64,000 nucleotides of DNA from Candidatus Krumholzibacteriota bacterium. Its GTDB lineage: Bacteria > Krumholzibacteriota > Krumholzibacteriia > LZORAL124-64-63. Shown here piece by piece: positions 56,575 through 64,000 of this stretch. Made by a program: the position numbers and the translations under genes. The stretch is taken from the NCBI GenBank assembly GCA_039714075.1, contig JBDLKA010000004.1:3087-67086 (forward strand), written 5' to 3'. How positions within the stretch are numbered: the first letter of the stretch is position 1; each line of letters opens with the position of its first letter. The notes beneath the pieces were generated by a model that had not been told where the DNA came from, searched no databases, and was given only the letters and a program-made list of their open reading frames with translations.

Positions 56575-58238
56575 TTTGTTCCTCCTAAAGAAATGCCGTC
56601 CATCTGTAACCTGACCGAAAACGTCGCACCCTTGTCGCTATTGTTTTCGGCCGTGACCGAACCCCCATGCCTTTCGACGATCTGCTTCACGAGCGCCAGC
56701 CCGAGACCGGTGCCGTCCTTATCGTAAGCCGTGGCATTGCTGGCCCGGAAGAACTCATCAAAGACCTGGTCGACTTCGTCCGTTGGAATCCCTATGCCCG
56801 TATCCCGGATGGTGATGACGATCTGATCATTTCGGACCACACCGCGGAGAGCGACCTTCTCGTGCTCCGGGGTATACTTGATGGCGTTGAAAAGCAGGTT
56901 GGTGATGGCTTCCGTAAGGGAAAGTTCGTCTCCGGTCATCGTGTCGATGTCCGGGTCCACATCCGCCTCAAGCGTGATGTTCTTGTCCGTGGCCCGCGGC
57001 CGGACCGTATCCAGGGACTTGGCGATGGCCTCCTTGAGGGAGAACGACGCCACCTCCATCCGCCCGCTCAACCTGAGCCTTGTCAGGCGCAGGAGATCGG
57101 CAATGAAGGACAGGACCTGGGTGGTCCGCCGCGAAGCTCGCTCCACCAACTCGGCCTTCTTTTCCGGCGACCCGATCCCTGAATCGTTGGCGGCGATCGC
57201 GAGACAGCTTTTTATGACACCGAGGTGCCCCTTGATGTCATGGGTGACGCGGGACACGTACTCGTCCTTGATGCGGTCTTTCTCCTCGAGCTCCCGGTTG
57301 GCCTGTCTCAGCGCCTGTTCCTTTTCCTGCAGCTCACGGAAGAAGAGGTTTTTCTGGACGAAGTTGATCTGGCGCGAGATCGCTTCGATGAAATCGAACA
57401 TCGATTCCGGCACATTCTCTTCCGGAAGATCGACGTAGAGAAGATCGACGGAATCGGCGGTCTTGTTGACGCGGGCCGCATAGACGTTGTGCGGCGGCAT
57501 TTCACCGGCGAAGGTCAGCTTCAGGTCCTGAGTGGACGCGGGATGGCTCTTGGCCATGACCGGAGTCGGGGTGAGGCAGGCCGATTCCAGAACCCGGTGA
57601 GAGAACCGCACGGGGGCAGAGGCGCCCGGACGATTCCCGTCCCCCCGTGGGACCTGGTGGGCCAGCACTTCGGGTTCACCAGTAAAGGTCTCGCCGTCGA
57701 GAGAGAGCCGCACGATGGCGACGAAAGTCTGGATGGACTCCGCCAGCTGATCGCACGCCTGGGCGTACAGATCCGCGGAGTTAGACATCTTCAGCAGGTT
57801 CTCGGTGAAGGCGTTGAAGGTGGGAAGCAGCAGGGGTCCCAGGATGGTGGCGGGATCGGCCCGGTAAGAAATGACCTCCTCCTGGCTCCCCCGGTCGACG
57901 ACAGAAAACGACTGCCGGTCCTGGCCGTCCTCACCGGACCCGGCCGACTCACCCCCCAGGGCCAACGTGAAACAGGCGAGCGATATTTTCAGCCCGGGAA
58001 CCATCTCCTGGGTCTTCATCCGCCGGCCCTTGAGGAATATACCGTTGCGGCTGTCGAGATCCTCGATGATCCAGCTCTCATCCACGGCGCGGTAGATACG
58101 CGCATGACGTCGGGAAACGCTCTCATGGTTGAGGATGACGTCGTTCATGGGATCCCGTCCCAGGCGGGTGCCGGCGGGATCCAGGACGACCTCTTTTGTT
58201 CCGGTGGGGCCGGAAATCGTAAGGGAGACTTCAGGCAT
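56571..58238 (-). CDS. FHA-domain-containing sensor histidine kinase (cytoplasmic), 555 aa
   Basis: N-terminal FHA domain (GRDPMNDVILNHESVSRRHARIY..IEDLDSRNGIFLKG). HisKA H-box VTHDIKGHLG. HATPase_c (NAIKYT, RDTGIGIP, GTGLGLALV). No TM. Confidence 0.9.
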   Translation of the reverse strand: MPEVSLTISGPTGTKEVVLDPAGTRLGRDPMNDVILNHESVSRRHARIYRAVDESWIIEDLDSRNGIFLKGRRMKTQEMVPGLKISLACFTLALGGESAGSGEDGQDRQSFSVVDRGSQEEVISYRADPATILGPLLLPTFNAFTENLLKMSNSADLYAQACDQLAESIQTFVAIVRLSLDGETFTGEPEVLAHQVPRGDGNRPGASAPVRFSHRVLESACLTPTPVMAKSHPASTQDLKLTFAGEMPPHNVYAARVNKTADSVDLLYVDLPEENVPESMFDFIEAISRQINFVQKNLFFRELQEKEQALRQANRELEEKDRIKDEYVSRVTHDIKGHLGVIKSCLAIAANDSGIGSPEKKAELVERASRRTTQVLSFIADLLRLTRLRLSGRMEVASFSLKEAIAKSLDTVRPRATDKNITLEADVDPDIDTMTGDELSLTEAITNLLFNAIKYTPEHEKVALRGVVRNDQIVITIRDTGIGIPTDEVDQVFDEFFRASNATAYDKDGTGLGLALVKQIVERHGGSVTAENNSDKGATFSVRLQMDGISLGGTK

Positions 58239-58322
58239 CCTGTCTACCTTTCCATCGCAAACGGTGAGACGGGTATTACTGATTTTGACTATACCATATC
58301 GATGGGGTTTTCCAGTAAGACG

Positions 58323-58447
58323 ATGGTTGTGGCTTCGAAATTGTGTTTCACACCGGATTGCAGGTCATGGTGATGGAATTCGGCGGCAACCACAACGAAA
58401 TGGCAAAAAGAGGTGTCCCCGGGGGCACCTCTTTTTGATGTATTGGA
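58323..58447 (+). ncRNA. Candidate small RNA / conserved structured intergenic element, copy 2 (~125 nt, ends in a terminator hairpin AGAGGTGTCCCCGGGGGCACCTCT plus T5)
   Basis: A paralogue of 42059..42180. It sits in the divergent region between the FHA-HK start and the cupin gene, and no protein-coding gene on either strand ends here that the hairpin could terminate. Confidence 0.3.
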
Positions 58448-58583
58448 GACAGTCAGACAAATTCCGGATATGCGAAGTCCATTTTTTCAATGATACAGGA
58501 CATCTTTTGTGTTATTTTGGGTGATGTCGGGAATGGGAGAGCAAGGCCATTTCCTGATGTTCATGGTTTTGAAGGGAAAAACG

Positions 58584-59012
58584 ATGCGAAAAATGTTGTA
58601 TGCGGTCCTCGTAAGTTTGTTCATCGGCGGGTTGTCGATCGACCCGGCCACGGCTTCGGACCACGATAAGAATCCGGCGGACGAATCCGGGTCCGGCGTG
58701 AATCTGGAGAGCTTGTTGAAGGCGGAGCTTGAGGGATTCGAGGGAGCCGAGGTCATCGTCAGCCGGGTGACCTTTCCTCCCCACTCCTCGCTGCCGAAGC
58801 ATTGGCATCCCGGCGAGGAATTCGCCTACATTCTGGAGGGTTCGGTCATCCTGTGGCAGGACGGCGAGGACGATCTCGTGGGCCAGGCGGGAGACGTCAT
58901 CAAGATCCCCCTGAAGAAGGTGCACACCGCCCGTACCGGGGACGAGAGCGCCACCGTCCTGGTGTTTCGGGTTCACGAACAGGGCAAGCCCGAGCGTGCC
59001 CTCGTCGAGTAA
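58584..59012 (+). CDS. Secreted cupin-domain protein
   Basis: The ORF runs 58509..59012. The signal peptide MRKMLYAVLVSLFIGGLSIDPATA starts at 58584. Cupin_2 motif HWHPGEEFAYILEGSV..GDVIKIP. Confidence 0.75.
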   Translation: MRKMLYAVLVSLFIGGLSIDPATASDHDKNPADESGSGVNLESLLKAELEGFEGAEVIVSRVTFPPHSSLPKHWHPGEEFAYILEGSVILWQDGEDDLVGQAGDVIKIPLKKVHTARTGDESATVLVFRVHEQGKPERALVE

Positions 59013-59021
59013 TGAACATCG

Positions 59022-59045
59022 GCCCCGGGTCTGGACCCGGGGCCG
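59022..59045. terminator. GC palindrome GGCCCCGGGTC-TG-GACCCGGGGCC between convergent genes (terminator-like)
   Basis: Near-perfect inverted repeat lying between the cupin stop (59012) and the M43 protease stop (59073). Confidence 0.35.
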
Positions 59046-59072
59046 AACAACAAATCAACTATCCGTTCCAGG

Positions 59073-60836
59073 TCACTTGAGCAGCATCATCTTCCTGGTC
59101 TCTACCAGGTTGCCCGTTTGGAGCTGGTAGAAATAGATACCGCTGGAGCGACCGCGGGCATCCCACGTCACCGCGTGCATGCCTTCACCCAGGACACCAT
59201 CGACCGGGGTATCGACCAGACGGCCGCGTGCGTCATAGACGCGCAGGGCGGTGTATCCCTCGTGCGGAAGCACGAACTGGAACACCGTGGTCGGATTGAA
59301 CGGATTCGGATGATTGGCCAGCTGGACCGCACCGGTCGCGGGCAGGCCGCGGCGGTACACGTCGCCGCTCTCGCAGCTGCGTGTGGTCACGTTCGAGGCC
59401 GGATCGTAGGTCAGCGAAGCGTGGGTAACGTCGGTCACCTCGAAGCACCACTCGCCCGAGGGGTTCTTCAGCTTGGGCGTCGAGAAGGACGCGACGCCGG
59501 TCGAACCTGTCAGGGAGCTCAGGGTCCCGCTGTTGGGGCCGTCATAGCTGACGGTCACCGTGGCGCCGGCCGCAGGCGCACCGCCGTCGTCGACGATGGT
59601 GACACTGCAAAGGCCGGTGTTGTTGGGCCCGGCGACCTTGCGGCTGACGGCAATGTCAGAGACGTACATCGTGCTGCCGCCGCTGCCCGGCTCGGTGACC
59701 GTGATGTACCCGTTCCTGGTCAGGGTGTCCGAACCGTCGCCGTTGGCCACCGTCAGACTCACGTTGTAGCTGCCCGCGGCGGTGTAGGTGTAGCTCGGAT
59801 TCTGGGCGGTCGAGGTGCCGCCGTCGCCGAAGGTCCAGTCCCAGCTCGTGGGCCCGCCGGTGGACTCGTCGCTGAACGCCACGGTCAGCGGGTAGTCGCC
59901 GCTGGTGGGGGTCCCGCTGAAGGCCGCCGTCGGTCCGGTGGGCGTCGTGCCGCCGTACATGGTCGGGCGGTAGAGGGCCATCTGCTGGTTCATGCGCGTG
60001 GTCTGGTCGGCCGTGAACTCGTACATGCAGTAGTCGTCCGTGTAGTCCATGAAGTTGGTGATGGGGTCGATGCCCGGAGCGGAGCAACTGTCGCGACCCT
60101 CGGGGCACCCGTAGGCCGGGGAGCTTTCCTGGGGAGTGTCGTCGCAGTAGTCGTTGGGCTCCGTGCAGCCGTCCTGGAAGGTGTGATACAAGCCGAGGAA
60201 GTGACCCGTCTCGTGGGTGGCCGTGTCTCCCTCGTTGTAGGGATCGGCCCAGCCGCCGGGGACCGAGCCCCAGAGGCAGACGACGCCGTGCAGGTAGCTG
60301 TCCTCGGGATACATGTCGGGGAAGGTCGCGTAGCCCAGCAGCCCGCCGCCGATGTCGCAGAAGTAGAGGTTGTAGGTGGTGGCCGGATCGATGGCCAGGG
60401 CCTGCTTCATCTGGACCATCTGGTTGCTGCCGTAGCGGTGGGTGGACCACCTGGTATTGTAGGTGCGGTCGATGCTTGCCAGGGAGAAGCTGAACCCGGT
60501 GCCCTGGTAGGCGGCGTTGAGTACGTCCATCTGGTCGTAGATGTAGGAATCGGGCACGTCGGCGTAGCCGTCATCGTGGGCGACGACGTGGATGGCGACC
60601 GGAATCACGACGCCGGCCTTGTCGCGCATGAAGCCGCTGGCCTTGAGCCAGGCATCGACCGCCTGGGCGTTCCGTTCAATGTCGTCGGCGGTCGGGACAG
60701 GCGTGGAGCAACGGACCCCCTGGACCACGGCTCCGGCGGAATTCTGATAGGTGATGTCGGCGGCCATGACGGCCGTCCCGAGCATCAGGATAGATAGCGA
60801 CAACAACATGAATCCCAATGGCTTGAATCTCTCCAC
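59073..60836 (-). CDS. Secreted M43-family (pappalysin/cytophagalysin-like) zinc metalloprotease with a PKD domain and a T9SS type-A C-terminal sorting domain
   Basis: GTG start after an AAGGAG RBS. Signal peptide. HETGHFLGLYH zinc-binding motif. PKD (DWTFGDGGTSTAQNPSYTYTAAGSYNVSLTV). C-terminus NPFNPTTVFQF..GIYFYQLQTGNLVETRKMMLLK. Confidence 0.85.
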   Translation of the reverse strand: MERFKPLGFMLLSLSILMLGTAVMAADITYQNSAGAVVQGVRCSTPVPTADDIERNAQAVDAWLKASGFMRDKAGVVIPVAIHVVAHDDGYADVPDSYIYDQMDVLNAAYQGTGFSFSLASIDRTYNTRWSTHRYGSNQMVQMKQALAIDPATTYNLYFCDIGGGLLGYATFPDMYPEDSYLHGVVCLWGSVPGGWADPYNEGDTATHETGHFLGLYHTFQDGCTEPNDYCDDTPQESSPAYGCPEGRDSCSAPGIDPITNFMDYTDDYCMYEFTADQTTRMNQQMALYRPTMYGGTTPTGPTAAFSGTPTSGDYPLTVAFSDESTGGPTSWDWTFGDGGTSTAQNPSYTYTAAGSYNVSLTVANGDGSDTLTRNGYITVTEPGSGGSTMYVSDIAVSRKVAGPNNTGLCSVTIVDDGGAPAAGATVTVSYDGPNSGTLSSLTGSTGVASFSTPKLKNPSGEWCFEVTDVTHASLTYDPASNVTTRSCESGDVYRRGLPATGAVQLANHPNPFNPTTVFQFVLPHEGYTALRVYDARGRLVDTPVDGVLGEGMHAVTWDARGRSSGIYFYQLQTGNLVETRKMMLLK

Positions 60837-60994
60837 GGCGAGCTCCTTTGATCAGGTAGGAGTGGATTGGCGAACTACAGGATGGCTATAGAGCGGAGAT
60901 GTCCTGAGGATTTGCGGGGACGTGACCCATACACGACAAACCCTGCACACCACACGTCTCGAAAATCATACTAGCATGAATGGTAATCTGTTTT

Positions 60995-61021
60995 CAATAT
61001 AAAATAGCGGACCAATCCGCT
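60995..61021 (-). terminator. Intrinsic terminator for the last large gene (AGCGGA-ccaa-TCCGCT followed by a U-rich tract on the minus strand)
   Basis: In the minus-strand sense the hairpin is followed by AUUUUAUAUUG, ~45 nt after the stop at 61066. Confidence 0.4.
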
Positions 61022-61065
61022 TTCTGAACCGGCGGCAAATGTATTCCCTTAATCCGTGTCGGAGG

Positions 61066-64000
61066 TCACCTGACCAGCATCATCTTCTGCAACAAATCCC
61101 CCGCACCGGTCTCCAGTTTCGAAAAGTAGACTCCCGAAGCAACCGCCCGGCCGCGACCATCGGTGCCGTTCCACACAACCTCGTGTTCGCCGGCTGGCAT
61201 GACCTCGCCGAGCAGCGTCTTCACCAGTTGGCCGCGGGCATCGAAAACCCGCAATTCCACAGGTCCGGATGACGGCAGACTGAAGCGGATGCCCGTCATG
61301 GGGTTGAACGGATTCGGAGCGATCCTCATGGACAATTGCGGCCGCGGGGTGTTCCCGTTGTCCAGCGCGAATTCCCCGTCGTTCAGACCGGCCACCGCCA
61401 TCGCCACGTCACCGGAAGCCGGCAAGGTTGGGTGGATCTCCCCCTCGAGGACCACCGAGGGGGGTTGCCCTTCCGAACCGCTGCCGGATCCCACCCAGAA
61501 GTAGGCCGGCTCCGCATCGGTAACCGAAACGCGCATGTGCACGAGTTGGAGAGGTCGATCGGAAAGCGTGCGGCGGGTTACGGGATACCCCACGACCAGG
61601 CCGTCGCCGGCAGTGAAATCGAGACCGGTTCCCACCAGGTCCTGTTGGTGGACGACGACGTTTCCGCTCACCCGAATCCGCAGGTCGAAAGCCTCGATGC
61701 CGGTCTGGGCGGCGGAACCGTGCAGAACGACATAGGCATCGATCTGCTCGCCCGGGTCAAGCATGCGCGAGCTCCAGATTCCCGCCGCGTCGAAAACAAC
61801 TCCCATGGTTCCAACGAGCCGGGTCCCGGCCGACCCGCCCCCGGCCACGATCGTCTTGGCCGGAACCGGGCACGACACTCCCATGACCGGACCGAGCTTG
61901 GCCACATCGGACAGGTTGATCATCCCGTCCCAGACGAAATCCGCGGCATAGTCGTACGCTTCACCGAAATAGATGCCGGCAAAATCGGCCACGTCATTCA
62001 GGGACACCTCGAGGTCGCCCGTGATGTCGGCGCCGTTGACGAAATACTCGAGGCCGTCAAGCCCGCCCGGGTAGCTTGTCGTGTTCAACAGCGGATCATC
62101 CACGCTCACCTGCAGCAACTCGCCCGGTCCGCTATGGCCGCCGGCGAAAAGAACTCCGCTGATGGTCGTTGCGCCGGTTGCGTCCGTCGGGCCATCAGCC
62201 GTCAAGGGAGAACCGGGGCATTGGGTCCAGCCGCCGTACTGGGATCTGACGCTTATCTTTTCGGCCGGGAAGCCCACGACCGGATCGCCGAACCCGTCGA
62301 CAACCTGCACACCAATGGCAGCATCCACTTCGATTGGCGCCGCACCGGATACGCCGTCCCAAGACAGGGCCGCGGTCAGCGGATGGCCCAGGCCGTCGGG
62401 CGTCGCGAAGAGGGAAACCGGTCCGCCGAGGGCCTGCACGGGGAAGACGGTCACGTTGATCTCGCCCGCAGGTTCGGGTTCTGATCCGGCGGCATAGTTC
62501 TGCAGGATGTCCTCCAGGGGCAAGGAGCGATCGAACAGGGCGACAAGGTGAAGCTCGCCGAGCCAGGGCCGGTCACCCGTCAGTTCGTTGGCCACTCCCA
62601 GGCGGTAGGATCCATCCCAGTTCGAAAAATCCCCGGTTGTCTGACCGTTGACCCGTTCCACCCCGTCGACGAAAATCCTGGTCAACCCGGCGCTGTTGCG
62701 AGTGAACACCACATGGGACAATTCCGTGGTCAGAGTCCCTACCAGGGTCGCGAGTGCGGGTTTCCCGTTCAGGTCGGTGGTCGTCGACCGCAGCCGCACT
62801 TCGTAGACGTCCGAGGCCTCTCCGTAGACACCCTGCCCGAGGGTGAAATTCCGCGTCCCGGTATCAGGCGAGAGGGTCACGATGCGGGCGGGTCCGTTCT
62901 GGGTGAGGTTGGCCGGCTTGATCCAGGCCTCGATGGTGATCTCGTTGGTGGCCGTCACCGCGTCGATGAGTTTGGTCGAAGCTCCCGCCGTGCCGATCAC
63001 CGTCGAGCCGTTGACGGACAGGGCGCCGGCCAACCAACCCACGGCGCCGGGGTCGTCGATGACCAGGTCGGCCGGAGTCCCCACTCCGGACAAGTCGTTG
63101 ACCGTATTCCCGCCGCCCTCGTTGAAATCATACAGGACGACCTGGCCCGCCGTGGCCCGGGACCCGGGTACCAGCACGGTGAGGACGGCCTCATCGCTGA
63201 CATCGCCGCCCAGCCCGTTGGTCACCACGCAGCGGTAGAGATCGCCGTCGTTGACGGCCGCAAGCGGTGGGGTCGTGTAGGTGGAATCGGCGGCGGCGGG
63301 AATATCCATCCCATTGACCTGCCACTGGAAGGAAAGCGGGTCGGCACCGACCGCGACGACACCAAAAGTCGCGGTGGCTCCTTCGAGGGCGAACGTGCTC
63401 GAAGGCTGGGTGACCACACTGGCGGGGACATTCGAATAGTCCACGTACCGTACGACCACGCCCGGCCCCGGCCAAAGGTATTCCGCGCCATGGTGGGAAC
63501 TGGCGGAATAGACCGTGACGGTATTCGTGCCGTTCTGCAGAATGTTCGTGGGGATTTCGATCTGGTCGAACGAATAGGAATGGTCCTCGCCGAATACGGG
63601 GGTGGTCCAGCCGTTCACCCGCGTCCAGTGGACCTCTCCGGGCTCGGCTTCACCATTGAGCCCGTTCCAGGTGGCGACAAGAAGGCGCGCCGACTCGGCG
63701 TTGACCAGATCGTGCCCTGCCGGAATGACGAAGTCGCTGGAGCGGGTCCGGCCGGCCCTCACCCAGTATTTCTCCGGAACACCGGTCGGACGGTACATCG
63801 CGACACTGATTCCGGGGCGGCTGAGGGTCAGGCCCGACACCCGGTCGGTGACGAACCACAAACCATTCGCATCCCGGATGCGGGCGACGACTTCCATCCC
63901 GCCGGCCGGCTGGTCGGGAATCCAGGAGTTGTCCCAGGACACCGAGAAGGGCGAAGAGATCGTCGTGCCGATGTGATTGCGGATCATCACCGAGGTGTCG
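61066..64000 (-). CDS. Large secreted multi-domain protein (Ig-like / LamG concanavalin-like domains) with a T9SS type-A C-terminal sorting domain. Partial: the N-terminus lies beyond the window end.
   Basis: The ORF track starts at a GTG at 63990, but the frame stays open to position 64000 and no signal peptide is present, so the gene continues off-window. LamG_3-like segment (..YRLGVANELTGDRPWLGELHLVALFDRSL). C-terminus NPFNPMTGIRFSL..GVYFSKLETGAGDLLQKMMLVR. Confidence 0.8.
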   Translation of the reverse strand, partial: DTSVMIRNHIGTTISSPFSVSWDNSWIPDQPAGGMEVVARIRDANGLWFVTDRVSGLTLSRPGISVAMYRPTGVPEKYWVRAGRTRSSDFVIPAGHDLVNAESARLLVATWNGLNGEAEPGEVHWTRVNGWTTPVFGEDHSYSFDQIEIPTNILQNGTNTVTVYSASSHHGAEYLWPGPGVVVRYVDYSNVPASVVTQPSSTFALEGATATFGVVAVGADPLSFQWQVNGMDIPAAADSTYTTPPLAAVNDGDLYRCVVTNGLGGDVSDEAVLTVLVPGSRATAGQVVLYDFNEGGGNTVNDLSGVGTPADLVIDDPGAVGWLAGALSVNGSTVIGTAGASTKLIDAVTATNEITIEAWIKPANLTQNGPARIVTLSPDTGTRNFTLGQGVYGEASDVYEVRLRSTTTDLNGKPALATLVGTLTTELSHVVFTRNSAGLTRIFVDGVERVNGQTTGDFSNWDGSYRLGVANELTGDRPWLGELHLVALFDRSLPLEDILQNYAAGSEPEPAGEINVTVFPVQALGGPVSLFATPDGLGHPLTAALSWDGVSGAAPIEVDAAIGVQVVDGFGDPVVGFPAEKISVRSQYGGWTQCPGSPLTADGPTDATGATTISGVLFAGGHSGPGELLQVSVDDPLLNTTSYPGGLDGLEYFVNGADITGDLEVSLNDVADFAGIYFGEAYDYAADFVWDGMINLSDVAKLGPVMGVSCPVPAKTIVAGGGSAGTRLVGTMGVVFDAAGIWSSRMLDPGEQIDAYVVLHGSAAQTGIEAFDLRIRVSGNVVVHQQDLVGTGLDFTAGDGLVVGYPVTRRTLSDRPLQLVHMRVSVTDAEPAYFWVGSGSGSEGQPPSVVLEGEIHPTLPASGDVAMAVAGLNDGEFALDNGNTPRPQLSMRIAPNPFNPMTGIRFSLPSSGPVELRVFDARGQLVKTLLGEVMPAGEHEVVWNGTDGRGRAVASGVYFSKLETGAGDLLQKMMLVR

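Noticed and set aside
57225-60797. Plus-strand ORFs 57225..58373 (382 aa) and 59118..60797 (559 aa)
   Set aside because: Antisense to the FHA-histidine kinase and M43 protease genes, which both carry definitive motifs (H-box and ATPase; HExxHxxGxxH).
61336-62484. 382-aa plus-strand ORF
   Set aside because: Antisense to the partial large T9SS protein gene.

Overview
High-GC (roughly 60-65%) bacterial contig, probably from an uncultivated anaerobe of the FCB/T9SS-bearing lineages: nine secreted proteins end in the same ~80-aa T9SS type-A / FlgD-Ig-like C-terminal sorting domain (..NPFNP..GVYFYRL.AGD..ETRKM.LLK). Coding density is high, with many spurious GC-rich antisense ORFs in the six-frame track. 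Main content, in order: (i) a partial ADP-forming (NDP-forming) acyl-CoA synthetase, an HgdC-type activase and a lone BcrB/HgdA-like subunit (YjiLM-like pair); (ii) a beta-oxidation module with a fused 3-hydroxyacyl-CoA dehydrogenase/enoyl-CoA hydratase (dehydrogenase N-terminal, archaeal-type order), a thiolase and a Zn-ribbon protein; (iii) a hybrid PAS histidine kinase divergent from a 4-gene class-I benzoyl-CoA-reductase-like cluster (BcrC/B/A/D-type: two catalytic subunits plus two distinct BadF/BadG/BcrA/BcrD ATPases), followed by a small secreted acidic repeat protein; (iv) three eukaryotic-like Ser/Thr kinases, two of them tandem with identical 5' kinase-coding regions but different periplasmic sensor modules; (v) yjcH-actP (acetate symporter) divergent from an sCache_2-PAS-DUF294 nucleotidyltransferase coupled to a metallophosphoesterase; (vi) an ABC-F ATPase, a lower-GC orphan gene, a CPA2/RCK antiporter, a PAP2 phosphatase, an O-methyltransferase, an FHA-domain histidine kinase, M28 and M43 peptidases, a cupin, and the T9SS cargo proteins (LVIVD propellers, an LTD-endonuclease I nuclease, BNR/FG-GAP, LamG, SQCY-like, PKD). 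No rRNA, tRNA, CRISPR or transposase was recognised. Two ~125-nt conserved intergenic elements ending in terminator hairpins look like a small-RNA family. Motif coordinates located by eye may be off by 1-2 nt; CDS coordinates follow the ORF track, with start codons re-chosen where a signal peptide or RBS supports it.
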